Made by a program: the position numbers and the translations under genes
Notes under the pieces: model-generated
Seen by the model: the letters and a program-made list of their open reading frames with translations, nothing else
What the model was told of the DNA's origin: nothing
The model's database searches: none
Shown here: positions 40,133-50,693 of the stretch, piece by piece
How the letters are laid out: every line of letters starts with the position of its first letter
How positions within the stretch are numbered: the first letter of the stretch is position 1
Assembly (NCBI GenBank): GCA_965200875.1
Contig: OZ241456.1
Span: 736,001 to 800,000, forward strand
Direction of reading: 5' to 3'
DNA: 64,000 bases
Source of the DNA: Bdellovibrionales bacterium
GTDB lineage: Bacteria > Bdellovibrionota > Bdellovibrionia > Bdellovibrionales > UBA1609

Positions 40133-40343
40133 GACTACTTCGTGAATTATCCTGATAATCCACGAAATAGAACAATATAGTTTACCTGATTGTAAGCAAT
40201 TCACGGACCACTATTTAGTAGCCCGTGAAAAAGTATGTTATTTTGACTGGATTCCCGTTTTCACGGGAATGACGTACTAAGGGGGAGCTTTCCGATAAGT
40301 AGGAAAGTAACTCACTTAAACAGAGCTTTTTCACGGACCACTA
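40133..40343. mobile_element. Tandem MITE-like elements (degenerate 40133-40213; intact 40216-40343)
   Basis: TIRs TAGTAGCCCGTGAAAAAG / CTTTTTCACGGACCACTA (16/18); ATTCCCGTTTTCACGGGAAT at 40251-40270; TTCACGGACCACTATTTA occurs twice. Confidence 0.8.
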
Positions 40344-40398
40344 TTTAAATTTACATATTATTGTTTTCTTAAGAGAGTGTTAGGAAGATGAGGTTCTT

Positions 40399-41595
40399 AT
40401 GATTCACCGATTTTTAGATCCTGTGCAATTACTAAAAAAATCCTCTCATTTTCTTTTAGGTCCAAGGGCAGTGGGAAAAAGTACACTTATAAAAACATAT
40501 TTTCCAAGTGCAACAACAACAAAATACACAGATTCCGCAAAACAGCTGACTAAACTTCAGCATAAAGCTGATTATATAAATTTGTTGGATTCAAAAATTT
40601 ACCTTCGATTAAAACAAGACCCTTCTCTTCTTAGTGCCTTAACAAGCAAAAAATATATAATTATTGATGAAATACAAAGAATCCCCGAGTTGCTTAATGA
40701 AGTTCATCGTCTGATTGAAGACAGAAATCAGCATTTTTTGCTTACGGGCAGTAGTGCTCGAAAATTAAAAAGAGGCAAAGTAAATCTCTTGGCGGGTCGG
40801 GCTTTCAAGGCAGAAATGTTTCCATTAACTTGGTTTGAGCTTGAAAACGCTGGGAAATTCAACCTGAGTAGCTATCTTCGGTTTGGAGGTCTACCTTTGG
40901 CTACTTTGGGAAAACACAATGAAGAATATTTATATAACTATGTGGATACTTATTTAAAAGAAGAGATACAGGCAGAAGCTGTTGCTCGCAATTTGCCTAA
41001 CTACGCCCGCTTTTTACAAAGTGCCGCTTTCAATAATTCTCAGATAATTAATTATACAAAAGTGGCAAATGACGCACAACTATCCCCTAACACTGTAAAA
41101 GACTACTATCAAATTTTGGAAGACACTTTAATTGGTTTTTCTGTTCTCCCTTGGACGAGTTCAACAAAAAGAAAAGCCATTCAAACTGCAAAGTTTTATT
41201 TCTTTGATCCTGGTATTGTGCATACTTTGTGTGAAACTCAAAGTCTGGATATAAACAGTGACCTTTTTGGCCAGGCTTTTGAGCAGTTTATCGCCTGTGA
41301 ATTAAGAGCCTCTTTATCTTATAAAAATATCCGACAAACATTAAAATTTTGGCGATCCAAATCCCAATTTGAAGTAGACTTTATTATTGGAAATAAAACC
41401 GCCATAGAGGTAAAAGCTGGAAGAAAGATCAGTCGGCGGGACCACAAAGGGTTATTGGCTCTTGCTGAAGAACATAAATGGAAGAGCTTGATTATCGTCT
41501 CCCGTGATCCGGTAAAAGCACGATTTCCAAATGGCATTCAACATCTGCCTTGGAAAATTTTTTTAACAAAGTTATGGGCGGGTGATTTTTTTTAA
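40399..41595 (+). CDS. AAA+ ATPase with DUF4143 C-terminus
   Basis: Walker A GPRAVGKST, Walker B IIDEIQ, LTGSS, LAGR, KFYFFDPG, EVDF..AIEVK. Confidence 0.9.
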   Translation: MIHRFLDPVQLLKKSSHFLLGPRAVGKSTLIKTYFPSATTTKYTDSAKQLTKLQHKADYINLLDSKIYLRLKQDPSLLSALTSKKYIIIDEIQRIPELLNEVHRLIEDRNQHFLLTGSSARKLKRGKVNLLAGRAFKAEMFPLTWFELENAGKFNLSSYLRFGGLPLATLGKHNEEYLYNYVDTYLKEEIQAEAVARNLPNYARFLQSAAFNNSQIINYTKVANDAQLSPNTVKDYYQILEDTLIGFSVLPWTSSTKRKAIQTAKFYFFDPGIVHTLCETQSLDINSDLFGQAFEQFIACELRASLSYKNIRQTLKFWRSKSQFEVDFIIGNKTAIEVKAGRKISRRDHKGLLALAEEHKWKSLIIVSRDPVKARFPNGIQHLPWKIFLTKLWAGDFF

Positions 41596-41623
41596 TTTTC
41601 TTATTTTGTTTGTTTAGTGGATT

Positions 41624-43546
41624 TTATACTCTTCGGCCAAAATCTCTTTCCAAACGGGAAAGAGGATAATTCACAAACACTGGACGCCCATGTGGACAAA
41701 AACTGGAAAGAGGAAATTCATCCATTTGAATCAACAGTGCTTTCATTTCTTCTTTGCTTAAAGCCTGCCCGGCCCGAATGGCAGAGTGGCAAGCCATACT
41801 GGCACATAAGTCAGCAATTTTTTTCTCTATCGCGAAACTGCCCCCTAAAGATTTTATTTCGTCAGCCAGCTGAACCAAAGACTTTTGCAAAGCCACATCT
41901 TTTAAAATTGCTGGTGCAGAATGAATAACCAAACCCTCCGGCCCAGAACATTCCATTTCCAAACCCATTTTTAAAAGATCTTTCTGAACAGCCAATAAAG
42001 CTGACACCAACGATTCCTCTAAATCCAAAGCTAGAGGCACAAGACGGTTTTGCACCTCTCCTTTTCCTGTATTCCAAGATTGCATCAGTTTTTCATAGAG
42101 TGCTCTTTCATGGGCCGCGTGTTGATCAATAAAAATAATAGAGGAACGATTTTGAGCTAGAATATAAGTTAAATGAGCTTGAGATAAAATATGCAAAGAA
42201 GACCAGTAATTTTTCTTCTGATCTTCCCGCCTCTCTTGTGCTTCCACGGAAGAAACATCTGTAACAACCCCTTGATTCATATTCATACTTTTAATGCTTT
42301 GAATAGTGGACGACATATCTTTGGACTCAGTAGAAGGTTGAGAAAATAAATTTGTTGGCCTGTCAGATGGATTTTTGGAAGAAATAGGTCTGGAAAAATC
42401 AGATAATTTTTTTTCGAAATTTTCTTTCTCCTGAAAATCTGTTTCATAAGCTCCCGGTTGAGAATTAAAATGTTTTTGCTGAAGGCGGGTTTGCTTAAAC
42501 TCCATACCCGGAAAACTTATTTCCTGTTCGGTAGAAACAGTAGGTTTTTGATTTTCGCTGACAATCCAAGGTGCTTTTTCCAAAACCTTTCGCAGACTAT
42601 GATGAATTGTCCGAAATATTATTGATGAGTTTTTAAACCTTATTTTGGATTTTGCCGGATGCACATTTACATCTAAATCAGCTGGTGGACACGAAAGGTT
42701 TAGAACCACAATAGGATATTCTCCGTGCATCAGCAAACTTCGATAAGCAGACATTACAGCAGAATGAATGGTACTGTCTTCCACCCAGCGTTTTCCCACG
42801 AAAAACCACATTTGTCGGCGGGTGGCGACAGTTTCATTGGGAGCGCAAAACACAGCCTCTACATTTACACCTCCTGATGTTGTGTTGGTGTAAAAAGTAT
42901 TGTTTAAAGATAAAATTCTTTCTACCCGTTTTTGCAAATTTTCCACAATCGGCCAATAAAAAAGCAGTTTGTTTCCATGAAGAACCCGAAACTCAATTTG
43001 AGGGTGAACAAGAGCCATAGCCTTAACAGTGTTCTTGATTAAAGCCGTTTCAGAGGCTGGCGTTTTTAAAAATTTCAAGCGTGCAGGAGTCTGCTGAAAC
43101 AGCTCTTTAACAATGACAGTAGTGCCTTTTTCCGATCCTGTGTGTTCCACAGATGTTTTTTTTCCAAATGCACTTCTCAATCGGCCAGCTTGTTTTTGAT
43201 CCACCGGTTTTGACACCAAGGTGAGATCACTCACTTCAGCAATGCTGGCCAGAGCCTCCCCACGGAATCCATAACTATTGATAAGCCAAATATCCTTTAG
43301 AGTGGCAATTTTACTGGTGCTGTGAGGGGATAGAGCCAAATGCAATTCAGAATCTTTAATTCCACAGCCATTATCTTTAATCTGAACAAATCGACCTCCT
43401 TCCGAAAAATGAACCTCAATTTTATTTGCACCAGCATCTATACTATTTTCCAGTAATTCTTTTACCATATTGGCCGGTCGTTCAACCACTTCCCCGGCTG
43501 ATATTTGATTGATAACTTCGGTTGTCAGTGTTTGAATGTGATTCAT
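41624..43546 (-). CDS. mutL: DNA mismatch repair protein MutL
   Basis: ISAGEVVERP, GFRGEALASI, DVNVHPAK, DQHAAHER, CPHGRP. Confidence 0.98.
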   Translation of the reverse strand: MNHIQTLTTEVINQISAGEVVERPANMVKELLENSIDAGANKIEVHFSEGGRFVQIKDNGCGIKDSELHLALSPHSTSKIATLKDIWLINSYGFRGEALASIAEVSDLTLVSKPVDQKQAGRLRSAFGKKTSVEHTGSEKGTTVIVKELFQQTPARLKFLKTPASETALIKNTVKAMALVHPQIEFRVLHGNKLLFYWPIVENLQKRVERILSLNNTFYTNTTSGGVNVEAVFCAPNETVATRRQMWFFVGKRWVEDSTIHSAVMSAYRSLLMHGEYPIVVLNLSCPPADLDVNVHPAKSKIRFKNSSIIFRTIHHSLRKVLEKAPWIVSENQKPTVSTEQEISFPGMEFKQTRLQQKHFNSQPGAYETDFQEKENFEKKLSDFSRPISSKNPSDRPTNLFSQPSTESKDMSSTIQSIKSMNMNQGVVTDVSSVEAQERREDQKKNYWSSLHILSQAHLTYILAQNRSSIIFIDQHAAHERALYEKLMQSWNTGKGEVQNRLVPLALDLEESLVSALLAVQKDLLKMGLEMECSGPEGLVIHSAPAILKDVALQKSLVQLADEIKSLGGSFAIEKKIADLCASMACHSAIRAGQALSKEEMKALLIQMDEFPLSSFCPHGRPVFVNYPLSRLERDFGRRV

Positions 43547-43561
43547 AGTGTTTTCTCCTAT

Positions 43562-44485
43562 TTAAAAAGCCACCATCAGCCCGCCCAATATAGACGGTAC
43601 AGGTTCGGTTTCCAGCATATCATAGTACACTTTTCCCTCCATTAAAAAAGACAGGCGATCATGAATTTTCAAAGTAAAAGAAGCAGAACTGATTACGCCT
43701 GCTCCCACTTGAAAATGAGATTTTTCCGGTGCTAAAGAACCATGTATCTTTACAAGTGCTCCTATTCCCAAATGAAACAAAAAGTAAGGTGCGTCAAGAA
43801 GAGGTAATTTAAATAAAAAATCCCCTAATAAAATATAGCCCTTCTTTAACTTTTTTTCAATAACTGGAGGAGAAAGAGAAAACATTAAACTGGTATCAGT
43901 GATTATACCAGTTATGGGCAGGCCCGCTCCACTGAGCTTTAAGCCAAAAAACCATGATTCTATTGATGTTTTTTCAGACTGATAAGCCATCCAAGCATAA
44001 GACACAGTTAACCCTATAAACTTTACTTTTGAAAGAGGTTTATCCCCTATTTCCATTAAATCTTCAGAATCTCTGTTAAGTTGAAAATCCTTAACATATT
44101 TCAATTTTTTTTTGACCTGCTTAAATTCAGGATTGAGTTTAAAATGTGAACCGGATTTAATATAGCGCGGAACCACATCTATTTCAGAAATATAGGCTCG
44201 TAATTTTTTGGGCTTGTTGATATAAATTCTGTAAAAAGTGCCAAATCGATGATTTGGGCGATGAATTTTTTTTGAAACAGTTATCCTTGTGCCGGCTGGT
44301 ATAGAGGTAATTTGAGTGGAATCGAAATCAGGACGTGCATAAACAATAGCATCCTTTTGAAGAACATAAGCTTTTTGTAGATAGTGAGGGAGAACTTTTC
44401 GCTTCCTGAAAGACTTTGTGCCTTCTTCTTTAGCAAAACCAGAAAGAGAAAACACTCCAAAAAAAAGAATAACAATAAGGTTCAT
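43562..44485 (-). CDS. Secreted protein with an SH3-like N-terminus and a beta-barrel-like C-terminus
   Basis: Signal peptide; AIVYARPDFDS; alternating beta-strand C-terminus ending in F. Confidence 0.5.
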   Translation of the reverse strand: MNLIVILFFGVFSLSGFAKEEGTKSFRKRKVLPHYLQKAYVLQKDAIVYARPDFDSTQITSIPAGTRITVSKKIHRPNHRFGTFYRIYINKPKKLRAYISEIDVVPRYIKSGSHFKLNPEFKQVKKKLKYVKDFQLNRDSEDLMEIGDKPLSKVKFIGLTVSYAWMAYQSEKTSIESWFFGLKLSGAGLPITGIITDTSLMFSLSPPVIEKKLKKGYILLGDFLFKLPLLDAPYFLFHLGIGALVKIHGSLAPEKSHFQVGAGVISSASFTLKIHDRLSFLMEGKVYYDMLETEPVPSILGGLMVAF

Positions 44486-44533
44486 TACACTTTAACTGTT
44501 ATCAAATACAGCTTGAAATGTCATTAACCAATT

Positions 44534-45001
44534 TTAAAAACCTGTTGAACCAAAACCTCCTATTCCTCTCTTGGTGTCACTGAGATTTTCTGCCCATTCT
44601 AGCTGTGCCTGAAATACCGGGCATAAAACCACCTGCGCTATTCTTTGCTGATCTTCAATAGTCACATTCTGCGGGGAAAGATTGACAACGATAACTTTTA
44701 CCTCTCCTCTATAATCAGCGTCAATAGTGCCAGGAGAGTTAGGTAGGGATAATCCCTTTTTCAAGCTCAAACCACTACGGGGCCTCACCTGAAGTTCAAA
44801 ACCAGCAGGAATTTCAAATATAAGGCCAGTAGGAATTAATACTCTCTCCAAAGATTTAACTGTAAGAGGGGACTTCAGTTGTGCCCGAATATCAAAACCA
44901 CTGGCTGAAGGACTTTGATAAGCAGGAAGTTCCCCTTTAAAATGAGGAAGCTTTTTTACTTTCAATGTAATTTTTTGAAGGGTCTGTTCCCTGTGTTGCA
45001 T
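44534..45001 (-). CDS. dut: dUTP diphosphatase
   Basis: RPRSGL, NSPGTIDADYRGE, RIAQ, RGIGGFGSTG. Confidence 0.97.
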   Translation of the reverse strand: MQHREQTLQKITLKVKKLPHFKGELPAYQSPSASGFDIRAQLKSPLTVKSLERVLIPTGLIFEIPAGFELQVRPRSGLSLKKGLSLPNSPGTIDADYRGEVKVIVVNLSPQNVTIEDQQRIAQVVLCPVFQAQLEWAENLSDTKRGIGGFGSTGF

Positions 45002-45013
45002 TTTTCCTCCTGA

Positions 45014-46792
45014 TTAAAAAGAACGAGCTAAATTTCTTATCTTTGTATTAGGATGTTCATAAAATTTCCTATCCACAATAACTCGTCGCAGAGCTTGAAG
45101 GGGAGGTTGCATATTATGCAAGGAGTGCAATCCTCTTTCAATAATGTCTTCATCTGAGCTGACTTTTATGAAATCCACAAGCCGTTGATTTACCTGTGGA
45201 TACTTCGATTGCAAAAGCCCCAAGGCTGAAATAGCCTGAAGCTGAATCCATTTGTCCGGGTAGTTAAAGCGATCGGCTATAGTTGAATGTACGGATTCCA
45301 CCTGCACCCCAGAGTAGGCCAAACCATAAATCGAATAATAAACCAACCCGGAATGAGAAAGTTTTACAAATTCCTCCAATTTATTAATAATGAGTTCGTC
45401 ACTAACCCTCAAATGTCCCAAGGTTTTAAAAACCTGATAACATATAACATGATCTTCTTTTACTTTAGCCAAACACATATTCATCAATTTGCGATGAATC
45501 CGATAATCCTGTATGTGAAAAGTCTCCATAACCAATGCACTCCATATATTTTTGTAGAATTCATCTGGAAAATCATCTACTGATAAATCTAATTGTTGAA
45601 CAGGAACTTTTTCATCATATATGAGAGCCAGAGCAAAATCATAAGCCTCTGAAGTAGAATGACGAATAATCCTGAGAGTGTTGTCTCTTAATTCTTTTTG
45701 ATAAAAATCAGAGGATACCCACCCAAAAAAATTTAAAAAATTTAAAAATTGAATTTTGACATAAGGAAGACGAGAGCTTATTTGATCATACAAAATATAA
45801 AACTCAGTCCTAAAATCCTGATTATTTTTTATTTCCTTAAAAATTTCCAGACTTGGCCCTTTAAACGGCCGATTTTCAGACACAAAGTTTTTAATAGACA
45901 AATACGCCTTGGGGCCAGCCCCGGACTCCATAAGTTCTCTCACTACCTGCATACTCTCAACAGGGTTCACATTGTCATTATATAGTTGGCACATTTTTTG
46001 CAAATGAGGGGGTTGGTGACCATAAGGGCCTATCCCTTTCACTTCAGAAACGGCTCCTCCAATGGAAGGGTAAATAAGGGAGTTATTTGTTTGTGGCCTT
46101 CTTTGATCCAAGTAATACTTATAATTGCCATAGTGCTTGTTGATCTGTTGAAAATAATGGTCAAGGGGCTGACGAAGATATTTTCCCAATGGGCTTAATT
46201 CAGTAAATCCATAAATACTGCTTTGGAAGGGGAAAATCCATTGCATTCTCTCCTGAAAAGAAAGTCCAAAAGGAAGATAAATAGCCGCCACCATGATTTC
46301 CGCCACATCACGGGCATAATGATGTTCCAAAAGAACCTGCAAGTGCTGTTCTGGTGTTCTCTGACGACTCTGTTTATTTGACAAAGTGTAACAGCCGAAT
46401 AAAAATACTTCTTTTACATGGGATAACACGCCTGAACAGGAATCAGAGCAGGCCTGTTTTTCCATAATATCCACCGGGAGAATATAATTATTTTTTTCAC
46501 CAAAAAACAACCCACCAAAGTGTCCTGAAACAACTAAAATATCACATTGGTATCCTTGTTGACAGGCATTTTTGAACCAATGAATATTGTTGGGTCGTGA
46601 CTGTACAGACAAAGGCACCAGCTCCACAAACTCAAAGTGTTCAGAGGACAGATTTTTTTTAAACATTTCTATTTCATCGGAAGAATTTATAGTAATGGAA
46701 CACACCTGATATTTGGTCAGAGCAAAACATGACCAAAAAGAACAGAGCAAAAATAAAACACTTCGAAGAAAAAAGCACTTAGCAAAACGCAT
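45014..46792 (-). CDS. Secreted hypothetical protein with HEAT-like C-terminal repeats
   Basis: Start ATG 46792; signal peptide; CDILVVSGHFGG motif; helical IQLQAISALG-type repeats. Confidence 0.6.
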   Translation of the reverse strand: MRFAKCFFLRSVLFLLCSFWSCFALTKYQVCSITINSSDEIEMFKKNLSSEHFEFVELVPLSVQSRPNNIHWFKNACQQGYQCDILVVSGHFGGLFFGEKNNYILPVDIMEKQACSDSCSGVLSHVKEVFLFGCYTLSNKQSRQRTPEQHLQVLLEHHYARDVAEIMVAAIYLPFGLSFQERMQWIFPFQSSIYGFTELSPLGKYLRQPLDHYFQQINKHYGNYKYYLDQRRPQTNNSLIYPSIGGAVSEVKGIGPYGHQPPHLQKMCQLYNDNVNPVESMQVVRELMESGAGPKAYLSIKNFVSENRPFKGPSLEIFKEIKNNQDFRTEFYILYDQISSRLPYVKIQFLNFLNFFGWVSSDFYQKELRDNTLRIIRHSTSEAYDFALALIYDEKVPVQQLDLSVDDFPDEFYKNIWSALVMETFHIQDYRIHRKLMNMCLAKVKEDHVICYQVFKTLGHLRVSDELIINKLEEFVKLSHSGLVYYSIYGLAYSGVQVESVHSTIADRFNYPDKWIQLQAISALGLLQSKYPQVNQRLVDFIKVSSDEDIIERGLHSLHNMQPPLQALRRVIVDRKFYEHPNTKIRNLARSF

Positions 46793-46858
46793 GTTTTCCC
46801 CTAGTAGTGAGGTATGAACAAGTAAGCAGGTTACATATAAAGACTGTTTCACGGAAAA

Positions 46859-47548
46859 TTAAATATTGTTAAAAGGCGGTTCTTTCAAAAGCATAAGTAA
46901 AAAACCCCTAGCCGTGCTGAACAGATAAAGTTTCTCGTCTTCTATGTTTTCTTCAGCACAAAGTTCATGAGTAGGATTATTGTTGCAAGTTTCCTCCATT
47001 GTTATAATGAGCTTCATGTGCTCAAGAAAACGTAATGTAGCTGATGTGCCCCCTCCCTCTTGCTGATGCTTTAACTCCATAGTGCTAATGGCAGACGAAA
47101 GATAATCATTAAAACCGGTTTCCTTATAGAAATCCAAATAATAAAGAACCAGCATCCATCGGCCTAAATAATGTTTTTCAGCCGAAGCCTGATAAGTTTT
47201 TGTAATTTTTTGTTTGGAAAATTCTTTCAAGTAAATCAGGCTGAGAGCACTAGCGGCTATACTTTTTGTTTTTTCCTCTTTTGATTCTTTAAAAGACCTC
47301 TTTAACCATGTTTCGGCTAAACTATAATTTCCCAGCTGATAATTAAGACAACCCACAACTGTTATAGTGGATGTACTGGGTTGCTCTGTTGCTGAAATTG
47401 TTTGATTCATTTCCTCCAATGCGTTCCCCAACTCAGAGGGATTTTTGTAACTCATAAAACACGCGTCAAAATCAATAGAAGACAAGCTGGTTTGCGTGCT
47501 ACAAGCTGTGAAAATGAACAAAAAAAACAAGAAAAAAATATTTTTCAA
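46859..47548 (-). CDS. TPR-like lipoprotein
   Basis: FTAC lipobox; GCLNYQLGNYSLAETWL TPR-like helix. Confidence 0.6.
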   Translation of the reverse strand: MKNIFFLFFLFIFTACSTQTSLSSIDFDACFMSYKNPSELGNALEEMNQTISATEQPSTSTITVVGCLNYQLGNYSLAETWLKRSFKESKEEKTKSIAASALSLIYLKEFSKQKITKTYQASAEKHYLGRWMLVLYYLDFYKETGFNDYLSSAISTMELKHQQEGGGTSATLRFLEHMKLIITMEETCNNNPTHELCAEENIEDEKLYLFSTARGFLLMLLKEPPFNNI

Positions 47549-47660
47549 AGATGAAAAGCCCCCGTTGACAAAACTTCAAATTTGCTTATATATTAGGAAA
47601 CTTTATAAAATGAGTAAATATTTTATTTGCTTTATTTAATTTTTCATTACAGTTTATTGT

Positions 47661-47848
47661 TAGTCGCTTGGAAAAAGTATATTTGCCCGGTGCACAACTG
47701 GAGGGCCTTTAAGGGCTTTTAGTTCCTTAAAAACCTGTTCCTGAGCCAGAAGAGACGGGAATTTGTGGGTTTTTCACCGGCAGGGTGACAAATTCGGGAA
47801 ATGTATCAGGTATTTTTCCTAAGTTATACAGTGCTTTCACGAACAAAT
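47661..47848. repeat. Degenerate MITE-like copy with nested hairpins
   Basis: TAGTCGCTTGGAAAAAGTAT end; TGCCCGGTG / CACCGGCA arms; CTTTCACGAAC right end. Confidence 0.45.
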
Positions 47849-47885
47849 TTTATTTTTAGCGCGCAATACCAAAGGATAGGAAAAT

Positions 47886-48707
47886 ATGTTATACTGGACT
47901 GCAAAAAACCGGACTAAAGTGCCAAAATTAGGTTTTGGTACTTGGCTTATAAAAGGAACTCAGTGCGTAAAGGCCGTACGCATGGCCTTGGATATTGGTT
48001 ATCGCCATATTGATACAGCTCAAATTTACGGAAACGAAGGGGAAGTGGGGTCAGCTATAGCCAAATCTGGCGTAGGTAGAGAAGACATATTTTTAGTAAC
48101 CAAAGTCTGGCGGGATTCTTTAAGTGCCAAGGAAGTGGTACATAGTACAGAAGAAAGTCTAAAAAAATTAAAAACGGATTATGTGGATCTTTTACTCATT
48201 CATTGGCCAAATATCAGGGTACCGGTGGAAGAAACTTTATCTGCCCTACAACAGATGATTGCACAACAAAAGACAAAACATATAGGAGTGAGCAATTTTC
48301 CTGTGGAACTTTTGGAAATATCAAAAAAAACCTCGCCAGAGTTAATTTGCAACCAAGTTGAATATCATCCTTTTTTGGATCAAAGGCCACTTTTAAAAGC
48401 TATGGGAAAGCATAATATGTTTTTAACTGCCTATTCCCCTTTAGCTAGAAACAAAGTATTTAAAAATAAAACGCTCCAAGAAATAGGTGAAAAATACTCC
48501 AAGACAGCAGGACAAATTGTCCTGCGTTGGCTGATAGAGCAAAAAAATATTGTGGCCATTCCAAAAGCTGCTAGGAAAAAACATGCAGAATCCAACTTTG
48601 ATATATTTGATTTTCAGCTCAATGAACCAGATCGTCTGATTTTAGGGAGTATGCACTCACAAAATCAACGGCTGGTAAATCCTGAATGGGCACCAGATTG
48701 GGATTAA
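47886..48707 (+). CDS. Aldo/keto reductase (DkgB-like)
   Basis: GFGTW, IDTAQIYGNE, TKVW, LLIHWP, IGVSNF, AYSPL, IPK. Confidence 0.95.
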   Translation: MLYWTAKNRTKVPKLGFGTWLIKGTQCVKAVRMALDIGYRHIDTAQIYGNEGEVGSAIAKSGVGREDIFLVTKVWRDSLSAKEVVHSTEESLKKLKTDYVDLLLIHWPNIRVPVEETLSALQQMIAQQKTKHIGVSNFPVELLEISKKTSPELICNQVEYHPFLDQRPLLKAMGKHNMFLTAYSPLARNKVFKNKTLQEIGEKYSKTAGQIVLRWLIEQKNIVAIPKAARKKHAESNFDIFDFQLNEPDRLILGSMHSQNQRLVNPEWAPDWD

Positions 48708-48755
48708 GTTGCATGGTTTTTGTGCCTTCACGGGGTTTCACAGGTCCTGATGTTT

Positions 48756-49595
48756 TTAATGTTGTATCAAAAAATGGGCAATTTGTGATAAAATCAACCC
48801 TAAAGTCATACCAATAAAAAACCACTTTTTTATTTTAAATTTTATTATCATGGGAATAAAATGTACAATGCACACATACAAAAAAAGCCCGGAAGCAAAG
48901 GGTAAGATGAAATTCTGTAAAGTGTTCACATAAGACACCAAAAAAGACATATAGTATCCGCCCAAAAAAGCCAAACAAAAAAAGGTAATGATGCCAAAAA
49001 GAAAACGGCGGGAAAAACCAGACGATAATCCAATTCCCAAAACAGCCACACTTTCAGGCAGGAGGTGAAATAGCAAGCCTATGCTCATCATAATAGCCGT
49101 TTCCATGTTAATCAGTAGAGAAGAGGCCAGTCGAATACCATCAAAAAAAGCGCATAATATAAAACAACCTACGGCTGAACAGCCTACAGAAACAGGAAGT
49201 AAATGATAATGAGTGTGTTCAGAGTCATGTTGATGACAATCATGTTTTTTCAAGGGCAACAGCCGATTTAAAAATTTTGTATAAGGTAAAAGTCCAATTT
49301 CCGCAAAAGCATTGACTAAAAAACCACATAATACAAATATTATATTCTTATAGATGTTTTTTTCCGCACTAAAGGAATGAGGGAGAAATTCAAATAATAC
49401 CATGACACACAAAACACCAGCACCGAATGTAGCAACAGACTGTATCTGAATTTTTATTTTTTTATAAATAAAAAAATAAGTGAGGCACAAAATGGCAACA
49501 CAGTACAAAAGAGAGAGCAGAAAAAAAACAATAAAATTGTCAGACACACAAAAACCTTTATGGGCGAATTTATGGATGAAATATAAAATATACAT
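48756..49595 (-). CDS. ZIP-family metal transporter
   Basis: FGAGV..FEFLPH, His-rich loop HDCHQHDSEHTH, FHLLPES, FASGLFLYV; start may be GTG near 49547. Confidence 0.8.
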   Translation of the reverse strand: MYILYFIHKFAHKGFCVSDNFIVFFLLSLLYCVAILCLTYFFIYKKIKIQIQSVATFGAGVLCVMVLFEFLPHSFSAEKNIYKNIIFVLCGFLVNAFAEIGLLPYTKFLNRLLPLKKHDCHQHDSEHTHYHLLPVSVGCSAVGCFILCAFFDGIRLASSLLINMETAIMMSIGLLFHLLPESVAVLGIGLSSGFSRRFLFGIITFFCLAFLGGYYMSFLVSYVNTLQNFILPFASGLFLYVCIVHFIPMIIKFKIKKWFFIGMTLGLILSQIAHFLIQH

Positions 49596-49710
49596 TCTGA
49601 TATTCAGAAAAAAATGTCAATTTTTTTCATACTATACCGGGTTGAAGTTTATAGTGTGTGTCTTTTCCTCTGCAAAGATCAATGGATTGAGTCTTCAACC
49701 AACTCTCAAC

Positions 49711-50592
49711 TTGTGGAAACAAACAGTCTGTGGGTTTAGTTTCATTTTTCTTCAATTCTGGTGCGTATCTCTGAATGCCACTTTCCTAGAAAATAGGAAA
49801 GACTTTATTTGTGGTTATAAACCTGTTATTGAATATCTAAACAGCCTTATTTCTTTGGAATACTCCGAAGTTATGACATATATGGAAAATATTCAAAATA
49901 ATATCCCAGTCGAATATGAAGATAAAATATCTCTGATATCCACTTTAATGAGATATCGTCTATTGCCGATCAACCCGGAAAACAAACAATCCTGCCGGTT
50001 TTTTCATTATTTATGTCTTCCAAACAGCCAGCCAGATGCAATTTACAACTTATCTGTCAATTATCTGCAAGAACATCGTAAAGGACCAGAGTTTTGTCAT
50101 ATACATTATCATGGCGAAGAAACACGTTTTCCTCTTCTCAGTGAAGAGTGCCTGATGGCTATTGCAAAACGAATCCAGGCAATTCCTGTGCCCCTAGCGG
50201 TCACTCAAGGGGGTGTGGAATCTGCATGGGGAACTTCTCGTTTTTCAACGGCAGGAAACAATTTTTATGGTATTCAAACCACTTTTTCTTCAGCTACAAA
50301 AGCTCAAAATAATCCAAGATGTATCCCAGCCAAAAGAAATCCCAGAAGATGTATCTATAAGTTTAATACCATTGAAATGAATTACTTTATTTATGCTCAA
50401 ACATTAAACTCGTCCAGAGCTTACATTGCTTTAAGGAACTATAGGCACCAGTCCTTATTAAATGAAGATACACCTTGTGAAACGGCTTTAAAAATGTCTG
50501 AAGGGTTGTCTAATTATGCTGAAGATCCGAACTACTTGCCAAAAGTGCAATCCACAATAAAAAAAGTTTGCCAAATTATTGATAATTGTTAA
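49711..50592 (+). CDS. Glucosaminidase-domain protein (Bax/GH73-like)
   Basis: QGGVESAWGTSRF..GNNFYG, LNSSRAY, GLSNYAEDPNY; start uncertain because the ORF-track start 49480 overlaps the ZIP gene. Confidence 0.8.
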   Translation: MWKQTVCGFSFIFLQFWCVSLNATFLENRKDFICGYKPVIEYLNSLISLEYSEVMTYMENIQNNIPVEYEDKISLISTLMRYRLLPINPENKQSCRFFHYLCLPNSQPDAIYNLSVNYLQEHRKGPEFCHIHYHGEETRFPLLSEECLMAIAKRIQAIPVPLAVTQGGVESAWGTSRFSTAGNNFYGIQTTFSSATKAQNNPRCIPAKRNPRRCIYKFNTIEMNYFIYAQTLNSSRAYIALRNYRHQSLLNEDTPCETALKMSEGLSNYAEDPNYLPKVQSTIKKVCQIIDNC

Positions 50593-50693
50593 TAATTGGA
50601 AATGTGAAATATCTGTTTTATTTCCTTTCTTTTTTTATTAATACTAAAGTTAGCTTGAGAGTCAATACAGGCAAACGACACAGAATTTATGTC

